A stretch of 64,000 nucleotides of DNA. It comes from Phoronis australis. Lineage: Eukaryota > Animalia > Phoronida. The stretch is from positions 62,001 to 126,000 of the forward strand of contig NMRA01000292.1 of NCBI GenBank assembly GCA_002633005.1, in the 5' to 3' direction. Below the pieces are notes generated by a model. That model was not told the origin of the DNA. It saw nothing but the letters and a program-made list of their open reading frames with translations, and did no database searches. This document shows positions 1 through 19,275 of the stretch, piece by piece; positions within the stretch are counted from its first letter, which is position 1, and each line of letters begins with the position of its first letter. The position numbers were made by a program, and so were the translations under genes.

Positions 1-530
1 TTCCAACTCGAACAAATACTCCCGTTATGAAACTTTTTCTTCGAGCAGTCCCTATTTCAGTTCCCAAAATCGTGAACTCAACTTTTTTATACTGCGCACG
101 CTCCAATTCATGACCTCAATCTTTAAATAGGCCAAAGGTGAGCCATTGCGGTTTTGGCAGTCAAATGTTCGTTTCCAAAATGCCACCACTTATACTTGTC
201 TTTAATTGGCGTTACTTGAAACTGATTGTATTTCAATGAATCATTGTTTGTATTTGATAAAAACAAATGCTGTTGATATGACATTTAATAGTCTTTTTGC
301 ACATATTTGACATTTTAATGTTTAACAACACGGCAAATGCACGGCTGGTTCCCGGCAGCACGTACGCGAAGGGCGGGAACTTCAGCTTTCAAAGTTCGCC
401 GGTAGGTCCGCAACTTCTGACCTTCGGCCTGGTTAAAAAAATGAAAAAGTTGAGTTCACGATTTTGGGAACTGAAATAGGGACTGCTCGAAGAAAAAGTT
501 TCATAACGGGAGTATTTGTTCGAGTTGGAA
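1..530. mobile_element. MITE-like foldback element, left end cut by the window edge
   Basis: Positions 1-87 are the exact reverse complement of 444-530; the interior is non-coding. Confidence 0.7.
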
Positions 531-918
531 GGAATTAAACACATCGACAACCTCCTAAGGTGTTCCTCTATGCGCAAAAGGTATTTGTAACAACGTGACT
601 TTGATGGTTTAGTCGGTGCGAGGTATAATTCGCCGAAAAGCTTCCGGCGTACAGAGCGCCTATAGCCTCTACATCGCCTCTGCTTCGGGCCAACAGAGGC
701 GATGGTCATTGCCTATAGAGCCTCCTGTCCTTGGTAGAAAGCTCGTTATTAATTCGTTTTCAACTGATTTCAGTACCCAGTAAAATTTTGAAAACCAGCT
801 ACAGTAGTACAGTAATTGTCTCACTTTCGAGCCGTTTCAGTTCGGATTTTTAGATAATTTATTACACTATTACAGCACTTAACTTTGAAATAATAAGTAA
901 ATTGTTGCTTATCTTACA

Positions 919-1324
919 CACAGGCGTCCTCAGCTTCTGATCGTCCCCAATACACTATATATAATACTACAAGGTATGACACTCCCGACTAGAAATTCCA
1001 CGGGTGCTTCACTTCAGCCGTCCATAGCAAACATAAAACTCAATAAATTTACACAAAACAGGGGCTCAACAAACCATGAAGAATTGTTCTTTCTCCCAAT
1101 ACCATTCACGGTGTCCTGTTACGGCGACTTCGTAAGAAATTCGCAGTCAAAGAACAAAAATGTTCACAAAAAGCCCCCACACATGTCCTCCCTGGGCCCG
1201 TCGAGGTCAAGGACAGTACGGAAATTGCCGGTGAGTTACGGAAGTAGCGACATCGTGACTTTACGCGACAAAGCGGCAATTTCCGTAGTGTATTGGGGAC
1301 GATCAGAAGCTGAGGACGCCTGTG
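919..1324. mobile_element. MITE with 39-bp terminal inverted repeats
   Basis: CACAGGCGTCCTCAGCTTCTGATCGTCCCCAATACACTA at 919-957 and its perfect reverse complement at 1286-1324. No convincing TSD. Confidence 0.7.
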
Positions 1325-1793
1325 ATCGTACACAATGACAGTGTTGCTGGTTTATCTTTGCACCAGTTCTGAAAGTTGTGGAGCAGCTGGTTGATATGTG
1401 AATCACTGAAGGAATTTTGGTTGAGTTAATCTGCCTGGCCTGACCTAGTTATATGCCCTAGATAAACAGTAATTTACGAAATATATAAATTTTTAATCAA
1501 AGCAAAAACTTTATGTGGTGATATTAGAAGTGACCAAGAGCACATTTTGCTTATTCTGTTTGACTATAACGTCAAGAATTTAGATGTAAATGCAAACCAA
1601 TTTATATTAGTTGGGGATCACTCCAACTAGTGCGAACAAAAAATGTTTTATTATCAATATAGTACAAGTAATTTCATGGAAAACAATTAAGAATAATAAA
1701 AAAATGTAAGTATTTACTGCAGTCATAATTTTTGAGAGGTATGGTGCCTTTTTGCAACTCTCTTGATATTCATGTGTACGCCTTATTCCTCAG

Positions 1794-8086
<6,293 letters not shown>

Positions 8087-8880
8087 AGACGAGCGCAGAA
8101 GATACTACCGAGTTGAGGATACTATACTCTTACAGTAGATTCACCGCAGCTGCCTCCGCGTTCTCTGTTGATGAATGGCAATACTGTATTTTCACAGTTG
8201 TGACACATCTGTCCCAGGATGCTTTGACGGGAATTTAGAATATCATTTTTATCATCGGGATGTAATGCTTTTGTATTTTTCTTTTATGTAGCAATAACAG
8301 GAGATATAATTTAAGTTAAATTACCACTTTGTGAAATAGTCGTTTGTTGTATATTCGATGCTCATCGGAAATGTCTTTGTTAAAATACCATAAGTCAGAT
8401 TCAATGGCGCTTAGGAATTCTATCTGAACGGCCGATTGCATGAACTTGACAGTGCCACAGAACTTTGTCTTAAGTTAAGCAAAAGTTCAACAAATGTGCG
8501 TTCTCCCTATATGGTTTTAATGTAGTCTTTGTTTTGAAGTCAATACGTAAATAAAACAACAAAAATGGATCGCTGAAATTTTCGTATATAATAACATCCT
8601 TCGTCAACAGAAACAGAAAAAAATGTTTATCCACGAGGGTTAATGTGGTTAAGGTGTTACCATACCATTTAGAAGTTGACTGGTATGTATATATATATAT
8701 ATATATGTGTGTGTGGGTATATAAGAAGCAGTCGGAGAATATTGTGAAGTTCAAACAAAATTGAGATAACTGACTATACGTGGATTGTTGCCTGCAGCTG
8801 AGCATTAACATGTTAGAATAACATTTAATTGTAACTTCTCTTCTTCATGTGTTTATTTTAAATTAATGTACAGTATATGA

Positions 8881-8886
8881 AATAAA
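8881..8886 (+). promoter_or_regulatory. Candidate polyadenylation signal of PDCD6
   Basis: AATAAA about 800 nt after the stop codon, followed by a T-rich tract. Confidence 0.5.
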
Positions 8887-10180
8887 ATTTTGAACGACAA
8901 CACATTTCTTTATTTCACTGTCATCGAAACTTGCAGCATATTTGTTCTTGGGGCATTGTAGTGCTCAGCTCTGTTTCGATTCCTTTCAGTTAGTTGTGAA
9001 TATTTTCATTTCCCTCAGCTGTTACATGTATCTATCACTCTACTGGGAAACAATCCTAGAGGGGAATGAAAAATAAAACTGTTTTAAATCATCTTAATAA
9101 GATTAAGTTGATGCAAATCCATGTGATCAGGTTGGCAAACGCAATTTTGCCTTTAGGTAAGCATAGAGTGGTCCCCAATTCACTGAATTTACCGTTGGTA
9201 TAATTTGGATGGACTTCAGTATTACAAATCCTAGGTTCTTGGATTCGATTGATCCCCATGCTTGCAGTGTCTTTTCAGAAAATCCAGTGTTTGCATTACG
9301 TACTTCTGGTTTAGCTCATTTTACAACTGGGCGCGCGAAATTGAAGTGAGTTTTCCTTATATTCGGTTTCAAAAACAAATAAGAAATTCGTTTTTAACCA
9401 GCTATTTCGCATACCAGGACGTGAAATGAAAATGGTTTCCATTCCAAACAAACACAGGACGCCATTCGTGGCATCGGAAAGTATCGCCGTCAAAATACAT
9501 TTTCAGGGTTCACTAATCCTTCCGAAATATGATTGGTACCTTGATTTCTTTTGGTGATACAAATCAGCGCTCCTAAAACAAGGATTTTTTATTTTTTGGT
9601 TGAATTGCTAATTAGTATATATATAACAATTGTTATTAAGACTAAAAACTGACACCTGTTTGATTGAAGCTCGGATTCAAGTAGCGAGTCTTGAGCCTCG
9701 CGTGCGGATAACCCCTTCGGGAGTGTGCATTTAAGTGTCAAGGTCTGAAGATACAAATATTACTACACAATAAATACAGTTGACCATATTCGTTTTCAAT
9801 GTGGGCATGTTAGTAAAATGCAGAAAAAGGTATGTAGTAAACAAAATTCCCAACAAAGTGGGACCATTGCTCAACAATCCACGACACATGTACATTTCGT
9901 ACGCACAGATCGAAGTAGGAAGTTCATGACATATTGTAACGCATTCCCCACGATACTAATAGCATCATGCTCAATTTCTACAAACACAGTAAGGGAATAT
10001 GGAAGTCAGCGAAAATTTGTGTTCTGCGTACATCAGATCATTGGATCTCCAGTTTTAAGGGAACTGCCTTATATGTTTTAAAATTATTTTACTGTAATGT
10101 TTAAAATCACCACAAACACACCGTAGTTTAACATAGACCTCATGAAACAACACACTTAGATATAGATTATTGCATGGCGA

Positions 10181-10304
10181 AGTCGTTATCCCCATATTCT
10201 AAAGCCCTCGTGGATTTTGAAGTATTATCACCCGAGGGGCGTTAGCCCCAAGGGTGATAATTCTCCAAAATCCACGAGGGCTCTAGAAAAAGGGAATAAC
10301 GACT
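10181..10304. repeat. Imperfect palindrome / hairpin repeat
   Basis: AGTCGTTAT...AGCCCTCGTGGATTTTG...ATTATCACCC-GAGGGGC loop GCCCCAA-GGGTGATAAT...CAAAATCCACGAGGGCT...ATAACGACT. Confidence 0.7.
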
Positions 10305-12149
10305 GAGAACATGTAATATATACGTAAAACCGTAACACAGAGTTGTGTTTGAAAGAGGTTTTCATACATTAATATACAGCTACATTGGAACTTCTATAAA
10401 CAACACATAGTGACTAAATTAGATGTCAATAACTTTTAAAACATCGCTTATGATCCAGGGCACGCCGAACTACTTTACTCGAGGAGTAACACACTAACCG
10501 GGCGACTGATATTCGCGGAAATGCGACAATTTCGATAGTTGGATTGTTGTTGTAGTTGTAAAGGAAAGCACGCACGAGAACACAAGATAGATAGCTTTGT
10601 AGTGAACGAGGTAGTGCAAACAGTGGATGAGGTTGGTCGGTGGCGAGAGCTATGATTTCATTTTTATGACTGAGGAAAAGCTAGCTAGAATAGTTATGTA
10701 GTTACTGCAACCAAAATTCGTCCAGCCTGAGATCGATCCAAATCCTCAGTTTGGCTATCACCATATTTGCACTTATGTATATATTTTATGATTTGAGTTC
10801 TAATAAAGACTGAAATTGAACTAATGACGCGAGTAGTAGTGTTTGCTGTGACCGCATTTTGGTGTAGCTGTAATCTGGAAAAGTCGGGGATGGGTAACTG
10901 ATTTCTAAATTGTTTTGATACTTCGTTTAAAACCCGGCAAAATAAACCCTAACTCAGTGGTAAGAAAAAAAAAACAGACAGGAATATTAAAAATAAAGTA
11001 ATGAAAACAGGTATGAAATATATTTAAAACCAACGTTGGGATCGAAGAGGTCCTTTGTCAAGATCAACGCAAATTAACTTTTTAGTCTTTTTGCAATATT
11101 TAAAATGTACCTAGTTAAATTACTCTCCACATTGCAGGCTTTACTTTGTGCAAATGTCAAAGAAAACCAATTTGGGTGTAATAACAACCACCATTGTTAA
11201 GAAAGTAATGCTAGCTATTACCTTCGACTTCATTAGCTCAGATCTACATCAATGCAAAGGGCGTGTTGAATAGCCATTGTAAAAGTTGTCTGGGGCTTAG
11301 GGAACCGGAGCGGTAACCAATGTAAGCGAGAAATTCTCCACATGCTGACCTTGACCCGGAAACTCGGTTCCCTTGATCCGATAGGGAAACTAGTCACAAG
11401 CTCGTTGCATAGAGACCGGTAGAAAGGCGCAATGGCTTAAATGTGGCTCTATGAAGGATGTATGCTTTTTCTTGTGACTCAAGGTTTTTGTGGCAGACAT
11501 TTTTTGTTTTGCGATGTACCTGTACTAAATCGTGAATAGAAATTGCAGGTTAACATGGTAAAGCTACACAAGTAGCATGTGTAACAATAACTACTAGCAT
11601 TATCACCTACTTTTTGCCGCAAATCAGTTCTAGTTTTGGTCTGTTTTGCAGAACCAATGCGTGAACCTAACTCATTGGACTCAGTAAGGACGGCACCGCT
11701 GTCTCCAAATTTGTTTGTCAACTAATAGATGCGTTTCTCGTTCCCAGAGCACATTCGTTCCCGAAATGTCTTTAAACTCAAGACCAGTCTGTGTAATAAC
11801 TGACCAATATTCATGGCTTTACAACTCTTTCTCTCATTTAAGAGAAGCAAGCAATTTTCCAAAAAAATAATTCCAAGTGCGTTTTAGAACATATTTGAAT
11901 ACTACGATACATTTAGAAATAATTTTGGACGGAACAGTCACGACTTACGACTATTACCTCTTAATCAGAATGGCTGATATGAGGCAAATGTGAAAGACTC
12001 GTGCTTTGCCTTGTGAGAGAAGAATCGAGGAAGTGACGAGCAGTTGAGTTTTAAAACTAAACGAAATATGCTTTGACATCAGCAGACATTCAAAATCTTT
12101 ACAAACAAACCGTAAAAATACCTGGTGAGCGTTCCAGGCTTCTTTAATT

Positions 12150-13568
12150 CACGGGTGAGAAACAACATGACCGCCGGTCCTCTAAACAGGACCTCCGGGG
12201 ATCAAAGGGGACCGCCGCACCAGAAAATGGGACTGACGCACCCAAAAACATGACCGCCCCACCACAAAACAGGACCGCCGGGGACTAAAACCGCAACAAC
12301 TAACAGGCTAAGATTTATTACCGTTAGGCCTACACAGATCATACAATGGGGCTATATACGTATGCATATGCAGGTCTTGTGCCGATTAATCCACCGAAAT
12401 CTTTTGTGAGCAACAAAGGACACTTCGCTTTGTAATACGCGGCGCTTTTGAGTTTTACTCATCACCAGGCTCCCGGCTGCGGTATGTGACTTATAAACAG
12501 TTGAAAGGTCAACATTTAATAAATCTAACACAAAACAACCTCGTTGTACGCTTTTGAGCTAAATAATTATAATTTTATCCACTGCATAAGTTTTAGAACA
12601 AAATGAAAATCATTTTCTCCAATTTGACGTTTAAAGTTAGTCAAGTAAAAAAACGGACGTTCTGGTTCTCGGGTGAAGCATCATCATACTAGCTGCCTTT
12701 GTGCGGCAAAGCTGTACATTAAATGTACAGCTTTGCGCCGATGTGGGTAAAAAACTGAACATGTAAAATCTTTACCCGGCGAATTTTTTTTAACGACACT
12801 CTTCCTTGAGTAAACTAAATTATTTCATCGGCGCTCGAGAGAAATTGTCGTTCTGTCGTTATTCTGCGTTCTCTTAAGTCGGCTTACATTGGCCGGTTCC
12901 TTTTCCCCCGATTCTTCAGTCAACTGTCCTTCTACAAGGTTGCGTACCTGGCACAACAAATTATCGAAACTGGTTTCATTTCGTTATAAGTTTTCAGTAC
13001 TTTAATACCAGCAAACCGAATTTCATAACAAACCTTGTTGCCGCCAAGTTGTCATCATCTTTCGAAAGATGTCTCAAAATTTTTCTGAGGAAATGGCGCG
13101 TGCACATGTCACTTATTATTACAACAGTTCATTAGATTGTTTTTCACTCAAGCGGTTGCAAACTGCAAGGTGAGTGTTGGTTGACGCCTAGATTTTGCAT
13201 GCGCCTGCATCGGTCGCGCGCTCTACTACATGTTGATGTAAGTTCCACGACGAGGTGACGAGCAGAACTACCCGGGCTGTGGGCAATGTCGGGGATGTAA
13301 CGGAGCTCAACAACGCAAGGCTGTCAAGCTTTATTTTGGCGATAGTCTTTACACAGCTATCTGACCGGTTACGTCATAACCCGCAGTATCACACAAAGGC
13401 CTTAACTACTCAGTCCCCGGCGGTCCTGTTTTGTGGTGGGGCGGTCATGTTTTTAGGTGCGTCAGTCCTGTTTTGTGGTGGGACGGTCATGTTTTTAGGT
13501 GCGTCAGTCCTGTTTGGGTGAGTCGGTCCGATTTAGAGGATCGGCGGTCATGTTGTTTCTCACCCGTG
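12150..13568. mobile_element. Non-autonomous DNA transposon with CAC...GTG ends and 5-bp TSD (Transib/CMC-like)
   Basis: TIR CACGGGTGAGAAACAACATGACCGCCG at both ends, mirrored subterminal repeats (12150-12287 and 13411-13568), and TAATT on both flanks (12145-12149, 13569-13573). Confidence 0.8.
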
Positions 13569-13764
13569 TAATTGGAACAATACAAGTTCCATGTTGGGAT
13601 TAATGAATGGAACCTGGATGTACACCTGCATGTAACGGTTCCTAGATATACATTATACGCTTTGGCAAGCTTCTCTAAATCAGCCGGGAGAATAGGTGCA
13701 TTAACGCGGACATTATCGTTCTTGCAGCCGACAAATGCATGCATTCTTATTCTTCAAGCCATGT

Positions 13765-16700
13765 TCACTGAGGTTCTCCCTCGGGGAATACGTCGTTGCA
13801 CAGAGTTTCATTATTGCTATTCAAGTGGTGATAGATTGCTTCCATCCGAATACCATGTTCAACACCGTACGTCTGAGGTCCTGGAGGTACTAGATGATTG
13901 TATCGACCAGAATGGACCACAGCAACACGGGCATTGTCCTCTGCGTCGCCGACCAATCCTGGAGATCCAGAACTTCCAAAGGTCATTTTCTCACTCGCGT
14001 GGTACAGAGCTTCATCCTAGACAAAATGTACAATTCTCATGCGAAAACTGATGGAAATAATCCCAGCTAACATTCAAACAAATCATACGTGTAACTTGGG
14101 GTTTGCATTGCGACACAGATTTACGGGGATTCTTAGTTTCATCAACTACATGTATGTCAGGATTGATTCTGAACTTAAATTTATTCACGGTTGCCAGGTT
14201 AGTTTACACAATTAAAATTCCACGTTGTCTCATCTAAAGCCACACTGCTGTTGGCGCACATCATGTAACTGACGCAGTCATCCATTCACAGATGCTGGGA
14301 ATGTCCGAGAGGGACATTTTCAAGCTCTGCCAACAGGGGCTGCATAAACTGAATTTGATTGATAGCATGAGGGCACAATGTATTAGTGAAAATAATGAGT
14401 GTAAAAGATTCTGGCCAGATGTCTGGGATTTTGAAAAGGTCCTAGTTTTCGACAACCCCTGATGAAAAAGCGGAAAAAATACAAATAACAATCAGATCTT
14501 TAATGAATGGGTTACATCTTAGCTTTTACTGTTGTTTATAGTTTTCATTATTTGTTCATCTAAGCAGTGCAAATCGAACGTAGGTGGTGAATTGTGAATA
14601 CTTATATCTATCAGTATTTGTCGAGTCAACTGCCTATTATAATCAGGAGGTAACAGGAGAACTAAAACAGGACTACAATCGTAGATTTGTTATAGTAACT
14701 TACCTGGCCCGCCAGAGGATGGTGTACTACTGAGCACAGCATGTCCACTACTTTGGCTTGACCATCAGGGTGACCAGCGATGTGTATCTTCTCGTGTCTA
14801 CCTAACTTTGTAAACTTAGTCAAAGCTTGGGGCAACTGACTGTTTGGTTCAACGAGGAGCTCTAGAACGGCGTAATCCAGAGCTCTGTCATAGATGGCAA
14901 CAGAATTGGGGGCAAGATGGACTGACCTCATGCTCGCTTCGTCACCGTACTGGTACGGTCTGTCAAAGTGGAATAGGCATAATCGTGTATTTTGCCTTCT
15001 TCTTTCTTCGTCTGCAAACAATTTTGAAGCAATCAAGTGAAACAACCGTTGTACTTCAAATCTTTTTATCCAAGAATTGAAAACTAAACTTGCAATCTGC
15101 TCAGTCTATCCGCGGATCAGAGGAAAGACCTATAACTTTGATATCATTGAAAACGTTTCACATTAAAGGGAGTTGTATTTAGAGTGTATAGATCTAGAGA
15201 CAGTTTGGCTAAATGACACTTGTTTAGTTTAAATGTCCTTCAAGGGAAACTGGCTTGAAGCAGCAATAAACCGTCGAAGAAACTAAGATTTGATTTAGAC
15301 CACTTACCGCTAAAATATATTCTCAACTTGTTCCCGACACAGATGGGAGGTGATTTTTGTCTTGCAAAGAACAGACACCTCGGTAATCCTCGAGGCCGTG
15401 CTCGGTGAATAAAATGACACGCTAATGGCAATTCATCTTCTACTCAATATTATGAGTACATTGAACAATTTGAGACCAATTTATTCCAAAACGGTAAGTG
15501 GTATTATTTTTGTGGCGGAAGGTGGTTTTATAGCCGCTTTGAAAGTGTAGGATTTCCAAAGCTGGGTTCTGGATCGGCAGATACGCAGAGAAGGTGGTCA
15601 TGCTAACTTGCTTGTGGATGTTGGCAGTGTTGGAAGTCATATTCATAGGGCAGAACAACAGGCCAGGAAGGCAAACATTATTGGGGGGAGAGACACAAAG
15701 CAATTCGACTTCGCCAAACTACCCCCACCCCCTCCTTTTGCCACCACTTCCGCCTCCACCCTCCGTATGCCGCCATATTTGTACCGAACCCCCCCCCCCC
15801 ACATAGGTGGGGAACTGTCCCGGGAATGCAGCCATCAGGATTTGAGTAACCGTGAACGAACAAAGTTTTGCAGAAAATAAGAATGGGCCTAAGGCCAGCG
15901 CACAGACAGGTAGCTGGGAGCTGCCTCACGTAATTGTAGCTGAGATCTCACAGTGTGAAAATACAAAATTCGATGAACTGAAGCTAGTCGCTGGTCAGCT
16001 CAGCTATGATTCACTTAAGACAGGCAGCTTAGCACGAACCTATCCTTCTCATGCGCTGGTTCTAAGGTCAAAATTAGTTTTATAGGATCCAGTTTCGGGA
16101 AAAGTTCATTTCAATGATAATGGTCACTCCTTTAATGAATTTTTGGAAAGGTCCCGAGGTCCCCGGTATAGTGCCTTTGGGCTGTTTCAAAATCTCTTGT
16201 TGAAAAACGGCCGGTAGTCCAGTTTCTGGTAGCTAGGGAAAATGATGCAGTGTGTCCCAAAAAATGTACACAATGTCTGGGGTTCAAATTCAATTCCCAT
16301 GGATCACTGAGATTCTACGCGGGTCTACTGCATGATTATACCAGTCAGTCATGACGGCTCCGTCTGTGTAGTATGCACGGGAATGGCAAGCAAACAATTC
16401 AGTTTCGAAGAACTAAAATTTATTGCGCAATACTACTGAAACTAAAACCATCAAGGAAGTGCAAAGACAACCTTTCCAAGTTAATGAGCAATGAGTTTAT
16501 TTTTATTTATTTAAGGACTTAAACTTCTTTTTCGATGTACTGTTTGTGACTTTAAACAATAAATCTAGTTCCTACGTCAATAAAGAATTTTTCACATTCA
16601 CCAGTATCCTTGAGACTTAGTGTAGGCCTACTTTGATATTTGGGCATCTGATGAAAGATCGAATTTTCTCAATGTCAGCCTGCAACTAAGTTCAGTGGAG

Positions 16701-19275
16701 CATCGTCATTTCTTACAAGATTTGCTTCTAATTGTTAAAAATCATCTATCAATCAGTCGATTTTATCATACATAAACATGTAAATCAGAAACCAACAATC
16801 GATTCCATAATTTAATGACTTAATTTCTTTTGGATCTCTTGTTTTGGGAGTTTAAATGACAAATCTTGTACCTACCGGTAAGTCAAAAAGCAATACATTT
16901 ATTGCCACTTGAATTGTGAGTATACTTTTGGGAACTGTCCAAATTTCATCAATGTCTTTAGAGTTATTTTAGGTAGGCAAAACCCGTCTAAGTGTACTTC
17001 ACTATTTGGGGATCGGATGATAGAAAATTTTCAAACTTCAGACTGCAACTAAATTCACTGAAACATCACCAATTATTACAAAATTACCTTCCAATTGTCA
17101 AAAATCATTTATAAATAATGTCGATTTTCGTAGATACATAAATCAGAAACCAACGAATTTGTTCATGAAAATGGAATGTTATAAACAATTTCCGCAGGCA
17201 TGTTCGCAGATTTTTGATGGGTAACCGGGGGAACATGAGTTAAACTTGAACTCCAAGGAACGCTGAAATCTTTGTTTATTTTTGCGAGTACTTCGAGTAC
17301 CCCCGTTCGACACTGCACACGGTCATTACAAATCGTAGCCCCGAAAGTCTTTTCTACATGTGCGAATTCCTTACAATTCACGAATAGGGGTCTTCACGTT
17401 TTACAAAATTTCATCTTTTTGATGGCAGTCAATCCCATTGTAATTTTCACATTTTTGGTTGTTCGGGTAGAATGTCTTGATACTGCTGTGCTGTGCACGA
17501 ATGTTTTGTTTTTGGATGAATTTTGGAATCTTAACTTGGCTGTGTCGGATTTACATGCATAGAAGGACAAAAAGACAATTCCCCGAACCGCCCTCCCCCC
17601 TCCGAGAGAGGGTCTCGTCTGAAACGGGACACCTTAAGACGAAAGACTAAACATCATCAAGCGTGGAAAAGAGTGGCAGTTCATTCCATCGTCGTGTGAC
17701 CCTGCAAGAAATGACCTTCCTCAACATAAAAGCCGGTTGTACGATTTCACAAAGAAAAACAAACAAAAATAGAGATAATAGATTCCAACATTGGACCCTC
17801 TCTCGGTAAGCGGACCCTTAAGAATTTGTCAATAAAACACGAAAAGGTTAGCTGGCCCCTTGAATGTCATCAATGAATCCCCTTCAAAGGCTGGGCCCCT
17901 AAATATGAAAATATCTATATTTTCGAATACCCATAAATGCGCAGAAATTCAGTTCATCAATTTTTCTCAAGTGATATACAATTTTCTAGAAAAAAACGTA
18001 CGGAAAAATAGAGCGATAGTTGTCTCCGTCATCCCTTGCCAGAGAGGGGTCTCTGGAAAAATACAGTTTTGCATTCGTAAAATTGTGTTGATGAATTTTA
18101 AAATCCAGTGCCGGAACTGCTTCGCTCCGCAAAAGCTTTGTTTCACAAATTTTCTCGATTTTTCGAAATACATGAATGAATATGTGCACGTTTTCAAATG
18201 CGTTTAGACGACCTATTCTGCATAAAACGGAGACGCTCCCAACAATTAATGTCCTGGCCAGGGCCCTCAAAGGGTAAACCATGCACTGATACTGAGTTAT
18301 CAAATGTTCTCTTGGATTTTCACTCTTATCTGTATTCGTGGTCTTTCTTTTCTCGACTGTCGCCGGCCCTACGCCTACGTCGGTTGTCACGGCTTAACCC
18401 TAACGCCTGCATTTTTTTGGGATGAAGCACGTGCTCCCCGGCCACCGCTTCTTCCGGCCCGGAACAGTACAGATGTTGTCCTCAGTACTTACCAATGAAG
18501 TTAATCGGGAAGCGTGGCCCGTTATTGCAGCTGAAGCGATCAGTTTAGAGGAAAGGATAGAGAATGGCGTTTACGTGCGCAGTGTACTACGACAGATTTA
18601 CGATAGGGGCTAGTACCAATTGTCGTCTACGGGACAATAAGGATGTTGTCAAACCAATGTATTTCACAGGAAGGACGTTTAGCGCCTCAGTCGAGCGATC
18701 TGTCTCTGCAGTGAAGTGGCTTCCAGGTTTGAAACATTAGGACAGTTGTATGACCAAGCGCGCAGCATCAGCTGTCAATCTTCAAAAGGTGCTACAGAAG
18801 GATCACATGTGAATTCATTTTAAGTAACTTATGTTGATCAAATCATCTTTAAACTAGAGTTATTTTCTTATGATTACTCTGGTTGGTGCAGGAAATTTTT
18901 TTTTTGTTTTCCACAAAAGAAAAAAAACGAAGCGTCACAGGCTGAATGGCCGTTCAGCTATGTTAGCCGGATTCGAAGCCACGTGTAGGATCTTAATTGA
19001 CAACACTCAGTTTGGTCCGAAATATTTCTCCGTCACTTATCATATTGTTTACCTTGAGTTAGGGCGGCATCTTCACGCACCACGTGGTAGTTTGTCATCA
19101 GATAACGAGAGCCAACTCGAAAGCCTGAACCACTGATACCATTTGACCACGTGACTTTGGCTACAGACGAGAATGCCTGTGTCAAAGATCTCATGAAGTG
19201 CCCAGATACTGTGTCCTTGCCTCTCTGACAAAGTACTTCAGAGTCTTGTCCAAGTGCGGATGTGCTCACTTTCTG
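13765..19275 (-). CDS. FAM111-like serine protease domain exons
   Basis: 19275-19053: SGSGFRVGSRYLMTNYHVV (His). 15011-14704: LDYAVLEL (Asp) and IAGHPDGQAKVVD. 14016-13765: TFGSSGSPG (Ser), VAVVHSG, EHGIRMEAI...DVF. Motif order and spacing resemble the FAM111A/B protease domain. Confidence 0.85.
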
